This document shows, piece by piece, positions 30,458 through 38,801 of a stretch of DNA of 64,000 nucleotides; the stretch's first letter is position 1; every line of letters starts with the position of its first letter. The position numbers and the translations under genes were made by a program. The stretch is from a virus (Duplodnaviria > Heunggongvirae > Uroviricota > Caudoviricetes): the IMG/VR virus record IMGVR_UViG_3300021399_000137, positions 5,938 through 69,937 of that record. The stretch is one strand, 5' to 3'. Under the pieces are notes generated by a model. That model did not search any database, was not told where the DNA came from, and saw only the letters and a list, made by a program, of their open reading frames with translations.

Positions 30458-31138
30458 CTAGTCCTTAGCTTTAATTATAAAATTAATACCAAATACTGGT
30501 TGTACAGTATTTATAGTGCCCGATATAGTATTATGCCCTGGAAAATTAATAGTTGCTTGAGATGGATTTTCAGCTGAACCTGACTCCTCTGTATATAATG
30601 TAAATGTAACGTTTGACCATTCTTCTACTTGGTTTGGACCACCGAAAAAATGAAGACCTGGACAAAAACTATCTGCAGCATCTGCAACATTAGGAGTACG
30701 GTCATATCTTCCCCCATCTTGGGTAGCTGCTCTTGTTGACCCTCTAGCAAGTACACTATGACTATGTCTTGGTAAATACATTTGTATCGTCTGTGAGTTG
30801 CTAGTATGAGATGGAGTAAAGTTATATGAACTAGTATTTGAACCAGTAGTTTCATATAAATTTAATCCTGGGCTAGGTACAACATTCCCTGAGCTTCCTC
30901 TAGCTGAGCAATATCCTGCACCTGCTGGAGAAACACCTCTCATATCTGGAACACTTGCACTAGTAGCTGTACTATTTCCAGCTAATATTTCTACTAATTC
31001 CGGATATGCTGATTTTTGAACTGTTTGACCATTACATATTAACCATCCAGCTGGAATAGAATTAGTTGGCCACATTACTATACTTCCTATAGGGGTACCT
31101 GAAGAATTCATAGATACTCCATTAACATTTAAACTCAT
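30458..31138 (-). CDS. Phage tail-collar-domain protein (gp12/MdpB-like)
   Basis: PIGSIVMWPTNSIPAGWLICNGQTVQKSAYPELVEILAG matches the tail-collar-domain signature. G/S/T/P-rich composition is atypical for this genome. Confidence 0.55.
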   Translation of the reverse strand: MSLNVNGVSMNSSGTPIGSIVMWPTNSIPAGWLICNGQTVQKSAYPELVEILAGNSTATSASVPDMRGVSPAGAGYCSARGSSGNVVPSPGLNLYETTGSNTSSYNFTPSHTSNSQTIQMYLPRHSHSVLARGSTRAATQDGGRYDRTPNVADAADSFCPGLHFFGGPNQVEEWSNVTFTLYTEESGSAENPSQATINFPGHNTISGTINTVQPVFGINFIIKAKD

Positions 31139-31237
31139 ATTAAATCTCCTCTCTTAAAGAAATCTCTAATTTAATATATAAAATATCAACAAGCTATAAT
31201 ATATGGCCATTACTTCCAGGATATTCTTAAACATTAA

Positions 31238-32746
31238 TTAATTATCTTCATTAATATTTTTATTTAATATGTCAGATGTTTTTGCTGTAGCATAACCTGT
31301 AATTAAAGATTTTAAATCTAATCCTAAACTATCTTGAGCTACTTTAAGTATCTTATCTATTTTTTGAGTATTTTCTTCTATTAATTTAGTTGATTGGTCA
31401 CCATACATTGTAATAGTATCAACATTTGTAAGTGGGGCTGATACTTCTTTTGCAATATCTGGTAATACTTTACATATCATTTCTACTATAGAAGCTTGTT
31501 TCATTTTAGCTTGAGCCTCAGCTTTCTTTTCTATACCCTCAGCTTCTGCTAAAGCTTTAGCTTTTACACCTTCAGCCTCTGCAAGTAATTGAGCTTTTCT
31601 ACCTTCAGCTTCTGCTTCCATTTTAGCTTTAATACCTGCAGCTTCTAATTCCATAGATTGCTTATTAGCTTCTGCTATTTTAATCTTAGCTTGAGCTTGA
31701 TATTCAGCTTCTTTAGCATCTGCTTCTGCTTTTTGTATTCTAGCCTCTTTATTAGCTATAGCCTCTTGTTCTATTTTATATTTATCAGCGTCTGCCTGTT
31801 TTCTAACTAAAGCATCTAATTCTTTTTCTTTTAGAGCTACTTCTTTTTCTTTAAGTTCAGTCATCTTTTCTGCTTTAGCTACTTCTGCAGCTACAGTATT
31901 CTCATTTACTAATTTTTGTTGTTCTGCTTTTTGAATATCATATACAGTATCAGCTTCTGCTTTTTTCTTGTCTTGTTCAATTTTATATGTTGCTTTTTTA
32001 ATTTCTAATTCTTTTTGTTGTTCTGCAATTTTAGCATCTGCTTCTGCTCTAGCTTTAGCTCCCTCTTCATCTGCTAAAGACTCTGCAATTTTAATTTCTT
32101 TTTCTGCTTGAGCTTTGGCTATTTTAGCCGTTTTTTGAATATTAGATAAATTATCTATACCTAAATCTGTAATAGCGTTATTCTCGTCTGTACAAGATTG
32201 TACGTTTAATGATACTATTTCTAAACCTATTCTATTAATATCATCTTTAGCATTTTCTTGAATTTTTTCTGAAAATAATTTTTTATTATTTACTAAATCT
32301 TTTAGGTTCATTTGACCTATAATTTCTCTCATATTACCTTCTAGAACTTGTTGTACATTTGTTGCAATATAATTAGAAGATTGATTTAAAAAATGTTGTG
32401 CTGCTATCTGAATAAGAGCATCATCTTTAGGTATTCTTACATTAGCTACAGCATCCACATCAACATTTATAAAATCTGATGTTGGTACTCTACTAGTTCT
32501 AACATCTATTTGAATTAATTCTAAAGTTAATTTATCAACTCTCTCAAAGAAAGGTATTCTTAATGTTGCTTTTCCTATTAATACCCTAGGTTCTTTTCTT
32601 AAACCTGATATTAAATACACCATATCTGGTGGACATTTTACATAGCTTACTGCTATAAATGTAATTAAAAGTAATATAATTACTCCTATAATTATTGCTA
32701 TAATCATATTTACAAACCTCCTATAAATTATTCTACAATTTTCCAA
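31238..32746 (-). CDS. Flotillin-like SPFH/band-7 membrane protein
   Basis: N-terminal TM helix, SPFH core (...LIGKATLRIPFFERVDKLTLELIQIDV...), and a long coiled coil with EA/AEAEG repeats as in FloT/YuaG. Confidence 0.7.
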   Translation of the reverse strand: MENCRIIYRRFVNMIIAIIIGVIILLLITFIAVSYVKCPPDMVYLISGLRKEPRVLIGKATLRIPFFERVDKLTLELIQIDVRTSRVPTSDFINVDVDAVANVRIPKDDALIQIAAQHFLNQSSNYIATNVQQVLEGNMREIIGQMNLKDLVNNKKLFSEKIQENAKDDINRIGLEIVSLNVQSCTDENNAITDLGIDNLSNIQKTAKIAKAQAEKEIKIAESLADEEGAKARAEADAKIAEQQKELEIKKATYKIEQDKKKAEADTVYDIQKAEQQKLVNENTVAAEVAKAEKMTELKEKEVALKEKELDALVRKQADADKYKIEQEAIANKEARIQKAEADAKEAEYQAQAKIKIAEANKQSMELEAAGIKAKMEAEAEGRKAQLLAEAEGVKAKALAEAEGIEKKAEAQAKMKQASIVEMICKVLPDIAKEVSAPLTNVDTITMYGDQSTKLIEENTQKIDKILKVAQDSLGLDLKSLITGYATAKTSDILNKNINEDN

Positions 32747-32982
32747 TCTTCTGATAACATATCAGCTTGACTTGCTAGCCATCCCAATTGAACACCAGAA
32801 GTTCCTATAAATGCAATAGCTTTATTTCCCATAGCATCATGATTAACATTAATAATCTCATTATTACTATTTACATAACTAATATTAGTTGCTAATTCTA
32901 TATATTGATTTTTACCATTCCATCCATTACGTTGAACTTTCTTTCCTTGCTTTAATGCTTCTAAAGCTTCTCCAAAATTCAT
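32728..32982 (-). CDS. Small phage protein, DUF2829-like
   Basis: MNFGEALEALKQGKKVQRNGWNGKN N-terminus matches a family I recognise from phage genomes. Confidence 0.4.
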   Translation of the reverse strand: MNFGEALEALKQGKKVQRNGWNGKNQYIELATNISYVNSNNEIINVNHDAMGNKAIAFIGTSGVQLGWLASQADMLSEDWKIVE

Positions 32983-33018
32983 TATAAATCCTCCTTTCTT
33001 ATGAGATAATTTAAAAAT

Positions 33019-33050
33019 GACCGTCTATTCCGGTCTGTCAATGTGGGTTC
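33019..33050 (-). terminator. Hairpin plus T-run just upstream of the 32982 gene RBS (terminator/attenuator for the upstream RNA locus)
   Basis: Minus strand GACCGGAATAGACGGTC followed by ATTTTTAAATT. Confidence 0.45.
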
Positions 33051-33250
33051 TCCCAAATGAAATATATGCTTATAGGAGACAAAATCATTTGGTTAGTATT
33101 TCTGCATGCTTCTTGGTCTCTGCCACACTTTCAACTCCATCAAAGTTCCCGTGCATGCCTGGGGTATAGTTATTACTAGAATTTCCTATACAGTACACTA
33201 AACGACTAGCTGTACAAACTGGTCCAGGGACCGTTATATCGGAGTCAATT
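33051..33250 (-). ncRNA. GC-rich structured non-coding region (candidate ncRNA)
   Basis: Local GC well above the window average, several stable hairpins (GGTCCCTGGACC and others), no ORF. Lies between the tRNA cluster and a terminator. On the plus strand, ACUAAACGACUAGC loosely resembles a group I R element. Confidence 0.3.
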
Positions 33251-33324
33251 AATACGTTTTTTCATCTATCAATTTCATATAGCTAGCCTCACTATTTACT
33301 TTATCAAGATATATCCGAACCCCA

Positions 33325-33395
33325 GTGGAGAGATATATTGGAATTGAACCAATAATAAGAATATAAAATTCTTGCTAAACCATTAGCTAATATCT
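33325..33395 (-). tRNA. tRNA with anticodon UUA in the canonical fold (candidate ochre suppressor)
   Basis: Minus strand GAGATAT-TA-GCTA-ATGGTT-TAGC-AAGAA-TTTTATA-TTCTT-ATT-ATTGG-TTCAATT-CCAAT-ATATCTC-T-CCA. All four stems are perfect. It is compact (no nt 26, 3-nt variable loop). Anticodon-loop positions give 5'-UUA-3'. Confidence 0.5.
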
Positions 33396-33475
33396 CATGT
33401 AAGGGATTTTGATTTTATTTTCGGAGGAGTCTCCCTAACTTATACTCAACTCTTATCTGGGAGCTACCCAGCCTC

Positions 33476-33551
33476 TGGTTGCGCAGGTAGGACTCGAACC
33501 TACGACCTTGAGGTTATGGGCCTCACGAGCTACCAACTGCTCTACCACGCG
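33476..33551 (-). tRNA. Initiator-type tRNA-Met (CAU) with C1-A72 mismatch
   Basis: Minus strand CGCGTGG-TA-GAGC-AGTTGGTA-GCTC-G-TGAGG-CCCATAA-CCTCA-AGGTC-GTAGG-TTCGAGT-CCTAC-CTGCGCA-A-CCA. Closely parallels E. coli tRNA-fMet, including the unpaired 1:72 and the GCAACCA end. Confidence 0.7.
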
Positions 33552-33648
33552 ATATATTATGTAATGCTTAGGAGTAAGGCAAGTAACTAGTACACCTGAC
33601 TTTTAGATTAAGGTCGTAATCCTATATTAACCTAAGCATTATTTAGAC

Positions 33649-33733
33649 CATCTCAGTTTACGGACTCGAACCGCTTCCTCCTTTGATAAACTTTCGAGTT
33701 TTGACGTACCCTAATCGCTATCTAGACTGAGAT
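33649..33733 (-). tRNA. tRNA-like element (atypical or pseudo-tRNA)
   Basis: Minus strand has a T-loop GGTTCGAGTCC and a 7-bp acceptor pairing TCTCAGT/ACTGAGA, but I could not obtain a fully canonical cloverleaf. Confidence 0.3.
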
Positions 33734-33850
33734 ATAAAATAGGAGAATTTAGCAGTATCATCTCCTATTCTGTAGGTTTTGTTCTGCTTTTGTCCTACAC
33801 ACAACGATAAATAATCTTTTCATAGATTATATAAATACCGTCAGCTTATA

Positions 33851-34477
33851 TTATTTTATGCCTGAATTACCAAATCCTGTATCACCACGATTAGTATTCA
33901 TTACTTGTTCTCTAGTTAAATTATTTACTTTTAACCAATCATCTAATGGAATAAAATCAAAAGCATAGGTCTTTACTATATTTATAGAGCAAACTCTATC
34001 TCCTTTATGAACTTCTATATCTTTATCTCCATTATTTTGAATTAAAGCATTAATAATTCCTCTATAATTACAATCTACCCAAGGTTCTCCTACATCTATA
34101 GGAGCTCCATAGATATTTCCTAAATAGCATCCACCCCTATTTACTGAATGAACACCATAACCAGTAGGAATTATCATACCTATACCTAAAGAAACTTTTT
34201 CTGCAGAATGAGCTTTAATTACTTTATCTTCATTAAGATAAGCATCATAACCTATATCGCCTTCTTTTTTTCTTTCAGGTAACTTAGCTCCGTCTTCTAG
34301 CCAGTAAGGTACTGGTATTTTAGGTTCCATATTTAATTGTTCATGAATTTGTTTAGCCAAAATAGTATAAATTTCAGCATTAGTTTTTACTGTTGCTTCT
34401 AAGTCTTCTAATTTTTTCTCTAATTCAGAAACTCTTACTCTTAATTTATCAAGTTCAATATGATTAATATCGCTCAT
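33851..34477 (-). CDS. dUTPase-family nucleotidohydrolase (dUTPase or dCTPase/dUTPase) with ~55-aa N-terminal coiled-coil extension
   Basis: dUTPase motifs GDIGYDAY, GDRVCSI, and C-terminal RGDTGFGNSG. Confidence 0.7.
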   Translation of the reverse strand: MSDINHIELDKLRVRVSELEKKLEDLEATVKTNAEIYTILAKQIHEQLNMEPKIPVPYWLEDGAKLPERKKEGDIGYDAYLNEDKVIKAHSAEKVSLGIGMIIPTGYGVHSVNRGGCYLGNIYGAPIDVGEPWVDCNYRGIINALIQNNGDKDIEVHKGDRVCSINIVKTYAFDFIPLDDWLKVNNLTREQVMNTNRGDTGFGNSGIK

Positions 34478-34502
34478 TTCTATAAACCTCCTATAATATT
34501 TA

Positions 34503-34772
34503 TTATGAATTATTTGTGCTTAAATTATTGTACTCATTTAAAACAGCTTTATGAATTATTTCTCTTGCTGTAGAATTTATAGGATGAGCTATATCTGAAA
34601 AACCGTCTGGTGTTCTTTTACTTGGCATAGCTACAAATATTCCTTTTTCTCCATTTATAATTTTAATTCCATGAATAGCAATTTCATCATCTATTACTAT
34701 AGATGCTACTGCTAATAATCTGCTATCTTCTCTTCCACTAACTTCATTTACTCTAACGTTTGTTATTTTCAT
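34503..34772 (-). CDS. spoVG: SpoVG family protein
   Basis: MKITNVRVNEV...LAVASIVIDDEIAIHGIKIINGEKGIFVAMPSKRTPDGFSDIAHPINSTAREIIHKAVLNEY aligns along its whole length with SpoVG. Confidence 0.75.
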   Translation of the reverse strand: MKITNVRVNEVSGREDSRLLAVASIVIDDEIAIHGIKIINGEKGIFVAMPSKRTPDGFSDIAHPINSTAREIIHKAVLNEYNNLSTNNS

Positions 34773-34816
34773 ACTTTATAAATCTCCATTCTATATTAAT
34801 TTTATTTTATATTTGT

Positions 34817-34842
34817 GTTCACCAGAATTAATTCTGGTGAAC
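34817..34842. promoter_or_regulatory. Perfect 26-bp palindrome, hairpin-forming
   Basis: GTTCACCAGAATTAATTCTGGTGAAC between the ThyA-like gene and spoVG. The T-run is on the plus side only. Confidence 0.35.
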
Positions 34843-34863
34843 TTTTATATTAAAGATGATAAA

Positions 34864-35664
34864 TTACATATCATAATTAATAATTCCCATATTTTCACAT
34901 ATAGTTTTAAATTTTTCTTTTGACTCCCAGCATTCATCTACTTGTGCTTCAAGATATTTTAAATTATCATCATTCCATAACTCATCCAATTTATAATAAA
35001 CTGGAATTTCATTATCATCATTAATAATTTTTTCTAGTAAATCATAATCTCTTTCATACACATGTAATGATGTATCAAAATGAGTATATGGTCCACATTC
35101 TAACCCTAATCTATGAGCTACATATTTCTGTAATTCTGTAAAATATACGATGTCGAATGTTAAACCTTTAATCAAATCATTACTTCTCATACACACAGTA
35201 GAGCATAGTTTATTATCTCTTATATAATAATGCAAAAACATTGTACATTGAGTATCTCTAGTTACCATTCTATGTCTATCAGGTGTATTAATATTTATTA
35301 CAGCTCTTCTAGAATTTGGATTTCTTCTTAATTCATCAATAGCACATTCTAATTGGTCAAATCCATGTTTATATTTTATAATATATCCATATGCAGAATT
35401 AGCTGTTTTACCATCATCAGAAATATTTCTCCAAAATTTAGAAAAATGGTCTATAAATTCTATGTCGTTTCTTCCTGACCAATACCATATTAATTCGCCT
35501 ATAGCGTAAATCATAGCTTTATCTCTACAACTTAATGTAAGAACATTATTATCTAAATCATTAAAAACAAATTTTTCGTTTAATAATTCTTTAGTTCCAT
35601 TTACCTCTGGAGCCTTTAATAATTTACTGGCTAAATCCTTAAAAAGTGTATTTATTTCTAACAT
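34864..35664 (-). CDS. ThyA-family pyrimidine C5-modifying enzyme with Asp at the specificity position (dCMP hydroxymethylase/methylase-like)
   Basis: RNPNSRRAVINI and catalytic Cys in TQCTMFLHYY. In ...CMRSNDLIKGLTFDIVYF the residue aligned with E. coli TS Asn177 is Asp, as in T4 dCMP hydroxymethylase Asp179. Confidence 0.7.
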   Translation of the reverse strand: MLEINTLFKDLASKLLKAPEVNGTKELLNEKFVFNDLDNNVLTLSCRDKAMIYAIGELIWYWSGRNDIEFIDHFSKFWRNISDDGKTANSAYGYIIKYKHGFDQLECAIDELRRNPNSRRAVININTPDRHRMVTRDTQCTMFLHYYIRDNKLCSTVCMRSNDLIKGLTFDIVYFTELQKYVAHRLGLECGPYTHFDTSLHVYERDYDLLEKIINDDNEIPVYYKLDELWNDDNLKYLEAQVDECWESKEKFKTICENMGIINYDM

Positions 35665-35683
35665 AATATCAATCTCCTTTCAA

Positions 35684-36799
35684 TTATATATTATGCTTAT
35701 TCTTTATATCTTCGAATATTTCAAAACAATCTTTTATAACATCATCCATATCAAAATACTTATACTTTCCAAGTCTACCTGCAAAGATTACTTTGTCTTG
35801 TTTATCTGCTAATTTTTTATATTTTTCATATAAATCTAAATTCTTTTTATCAGTCATAGGATAATATGGTTCTCCTGAAGCTTGAGGATATTCAAATGTT
35901 ATAATAGAAGTGTCTGTTTTTACAGGATTAAACCACTTATGTTCTATTACTCTTGTGTAAGGTCTTTTGTTATCAGTATAATTAACTACTGCGTTACCTT
36001 GATAATTAGATTGATTTATTTCTTTATTAATAAATTTTAAACTTCTATATTCTAATTCTCCATATTTATAATTAAAATATTCATCTATCTTGCCAGTGTA
36101 TATAATATAGTCATAAATGTCTTCATAAGTACTTCTATTTTTAATAAAATCTTTATCTAACATGATATTACATCCTTCTAACATTTTTTCTATCATATTA
36201 GTATATCCATTTACTGGAATTCCTTGATAAATATCGTTAAAATAATTATTGTCGTAAATCATTCTTAGTGGTAATCTTTTAATTATATCTGGACTTAATT
36301 CAGTACAAGATTTACCCCATTGTTTTTCAGTATAACCTTTTATTAATTTTTCATATACAGTTGTTCCAACCATATTTATAGCTTGGTCTTCTAAATTTTC
36401 TATAGTAGGATGTTCTTCTTTATAAGCATCGATTTCTTTTTGTATAATTTCTTCTACTTCATTAGGCCATCTAGTATTAAACATTTTACTAAATGTATTC
36501 ATATTAAACGGTAAATTATAAAGCTCATCGTTTTCTGTTACTGCCAATGGGCTATTTATAAAATTATTAAATTTTGCAAACCTATTTATAAATGACCAAA
36601 CTTCTTCATCACTAGTATGAAATATATGAGGTCCATACTTATGAATATCTATTCCTTTATCTTTATATGTATAACAGTTTCCTGCTATGCGATTTCGACG
36701 GTCAATTACAGTTATTGCATGGCCATCTTCAATTAATAGTCTAGCTAAAGTAGCTCCAGCTAAACCTGCTCCCACAATTAAATAATTAGACATTTTCAT
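35684..36799 (-). CDS. glf: UDP-galactopyranose mutase
   Basis: YLIVGAGLAGATLA...ITVIDRRNRIAGNCYT...IHKYGPHIFHT...NSPLAV...YNLPFNMNTF is collinear with bacterial Glf (FAD-binding GxGxxG). Confidence 0.85.
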   Translation of the reverse strand: MKMSNYLIVGAGLAGATLARLLIEDGHAITVIDRRNRIAGNCYTYKDKGIDIHKYGPHIFHTSDEEVWSFINRFAKFNNFINSPLAVTENDELYNLPFNMNTFSKMFNTRWPNEVEEIIQKEIDAYKEEHPTIENLEDQAINMVGTTVYEKLIKGYTEKQWGKSCTELSPDIIKRLPLRMIYDNNYFNDIYQGIPVNGYTNMIEKMLEGCNIMLDKDFIKNRSTYEDIYDYIIYTGKIDEYFNYKYGELEYRSLKFINKEINQSNYQGNAVVNYTDNKRPYTRVIEHKWFNPVKTDTSIITFEYPQASGEPYYPMTDKKNLDLYEKYKKLADKQDKVIFAGRLGKYKYFDMDDVIKDCFEIFEDIKNKHNI

Positions 36800-37829
36800 C
36801 TACTTCCTTTTTCTTAGATTTAGTAATATGTTTCTCGTTCCACTCATTTATTTTATCTTGCCATAATTCTGTAAATCCTATATAATCTATTTCTTGAGTT
36901 TCGTTAAAGAAATACTTATACCACTCATTATTATATATAGGAACTAGCGTATGTTTTTCAGCTAAATCCTTCTTTATTCTACTCCATTTAAATGTAGAAT
37001 TTAGTTGACCTTTATCTACTTTAAAGCCTACATATTCTCCCCAAGTCTTATATAAATTCATAGACTTTTTAGTCCAAGTATAATCTCCGCCTGAAGCTAT
37101 AGATTTTTTAGGTGTCATTGTATCACCAGAATAAGTTAACCATCCAATATTTATTGTGTCTAATCCATTCTTATATACTTGTAATTGAACATCAAAATCA
37201 TCCCAAGCTTCTATATTATTATAACTAATATTATATTGATTAAACAAATTAGTATTAATATAAGCTATTTGACATATTCTGCCTGACTTAGTATAATAAG
37301 GTAATGTTTCTAAATCTTGACACCAACTAGATGCTTCTGAAATTACACCTCCTAAAGCTGGTTTATAATCAGCAATATTATGAATTACATAATACCAAGT
37401 TTTAAAGAATTGTTCTGGTGTAATTTCTACTTTTTCAGCCTTATATTTACCTGATTTAGTTAGACCTGGTCTAGTATAATATAATTTTGTAATGTCATCG
37501 TCTAATATAAAGTAATCTTCAAATCCCATTTTAAGCATGTTAGCTTGAACAAAATCTCTTTTCTTAGCAGCTCCTCTAAATTCTTGAGATGGACATAATA
37601 CTACTCCTATATTATTAGACGCTTCAACTTCTTCTTTATAATTAATGTAATCATCATCATATACGAATAAATATGTTGGAATATTAGTATTTTTCATCAA
37701 TTGAATTGATGAAGCTTGACCTCCTCTTTTATATGATATAATTACTACAGGAGCTATAACTTTTTTACTATATTCTTCAGTAGCAGTATTTACTAATTCT
37801 GTAGTCCAATTTAAACTTCTATTTTCCAT
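36786..37829 (-). CDS. Putative GT-A-fold glycosyltransferase (DxD-type)
   Basis: N-terminal PVVIISYKRGG beta-strand/Rossmann-like start and FILDDDITKL DxD motif. Overlaps glf by 14 nt and the kinase gene by 11 nt, suggesting translational coupling. Confidence 0.45.
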   Translation of the reverse strand: MENRSLNWTTELVNTATEEYSKKVIAPVVIISYKRGGQASSIQLMKNTNIPTYLFVYDDDYINYKEEVEASNNIGVVLCPSQEFRGAAKKRDFVQANMLKMGFEDYFILDDDITKLYYTRPGLTKSGKYKAEKVEITPEQFFKTWYYVIHNIADYKPALGGVISEASSWCQDLETLPYYTKSGRICQIAYINTNLFNQYNISYNNIEAWDDFDVQLQVYKNGLDTINIGWLTYSGDTMTPKKSIASGGDYTWTKKSMNLYKTWGEYVGFKVDKGQLNSTFKWSRIKKDLAEKHTLVPIYNNEWYKYFFNETQEIDYIGFTELWQDKINEWNEKHITKSKKKEVDENV

Positions 37830-38319
37830 AATAATTCCTTTCTATCTCTTTAAAAAATTCTATTTGGTCTTTATTTTTACTGATATCTAAAGCAAATACG
37901 TTATCATAAGTATTAGAAAAAATATTAGCTAACATAGTATAAAGAATATTAATTTTCTCTGCGTTTGCTAAAACTTGTTCAGTATCTCCTCTTTTAAATA
38001 ATCTTTCTTTTAAATCTTCAAAATTAGATGCAAAGAAAATAATATAAATAACAGACTTCTCTTTACAAACATTCATAAATTCTAATTGTTCTAACCAAGT
38101 CATCTTAGGTTCTCTATGATATATTATGGGATATACAATCTCGCCTAAATTACATCTATCACATACCACGCTGTCATATTTGATTAAATCTAAATGATAT
38201 TGTAAATCATTTTTAGTATCAGAGCTTGAGTGCTCTATATCCATATTTCTATTTTGCTCTAAAAATCTAGCTAAAGTTGATTTACCTATACCATCACAAC
38301 CTTCTAAAATAACATTCAT
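37819..38319 (-). CDS. Deoxynucleoside monophosphate kinase (Tmk/dNK-like P-loop kinase)
   Basis: P-loop ILEGCDGIGKSTLA at the N-terminus; 166 aa. Confidence 0.6.
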   Translation of the reverse strand: MNVILEGCDGIGKSTLARFLEQNRNMDIEHSSSDTKNDLQYHLDLIKYDSVVCDRCNLGEIVYPIIYHREPKMTWLEQLEFMNVCKEKSVIYIIFFASNFEDLKERLFKRGDTEQVLANAEKINILYTMLANIFSNTYDNVFALDISKNKDQIEFFKEIERNYYGK

Positions 38320-38345
38320 ATTATACCTCCTTATAGAATATTATG

Positions 38346-38756
38346 CTATTTAACTTCGTTTTGTTCTTCTATATCTCTATATAAACCTTTATTTAATAAA
38401 TAATCTATTCGTTCTACAATAGCTTTTATTTGTGAAATTCTCTTTTTATATTGCTTTGCTAATAATTGATATGACTCTGGAGTTCTATTTTTACTATTTA
38501 TATAAGTATATATTTGTATTTTCTCTAAAAGTTTATGTATTTTTTTCCTACTTGGAAAATTTATTTTAGTACCTGAAAATATATCTAATATTTCTAAAGT
38601 TAACAAATCATCATCTAAAATATTAAATAATATTTGAAACGCTGATGAACAATCATCAGATAATAATTTAATAAATAATTGTTTTTGCTCTTTAGATAAG
38701 TCTCTGAATGCAGATAAACATCCTACTAAATATTCTTCATCTTCTTCTGAATTCAT
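38346..38756 (-). CDS. Hypothetical acidic protein
   Basis: 136-aa ORF adjacent to the sigma-like gene. Confidence 0.3.
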   Translation of the reverse strand: MNSEEDEEYLVGCLSAFRDLSKEQKQLFIKLLSDDCSSAFQILFNILDDDLLTLEILDIFSGTKINFPSRKKIHKLLEKIQIYTYINSKNRTPESYQLLAKQYKKRISQIKAIVERIDYLLNKGLYRDIEEQNEVK

Positions 38757-38801
38757 ACTCTACCTCCATAAAAATTTATAGATAGTTAGCTCTCTTGTAT
38801 A

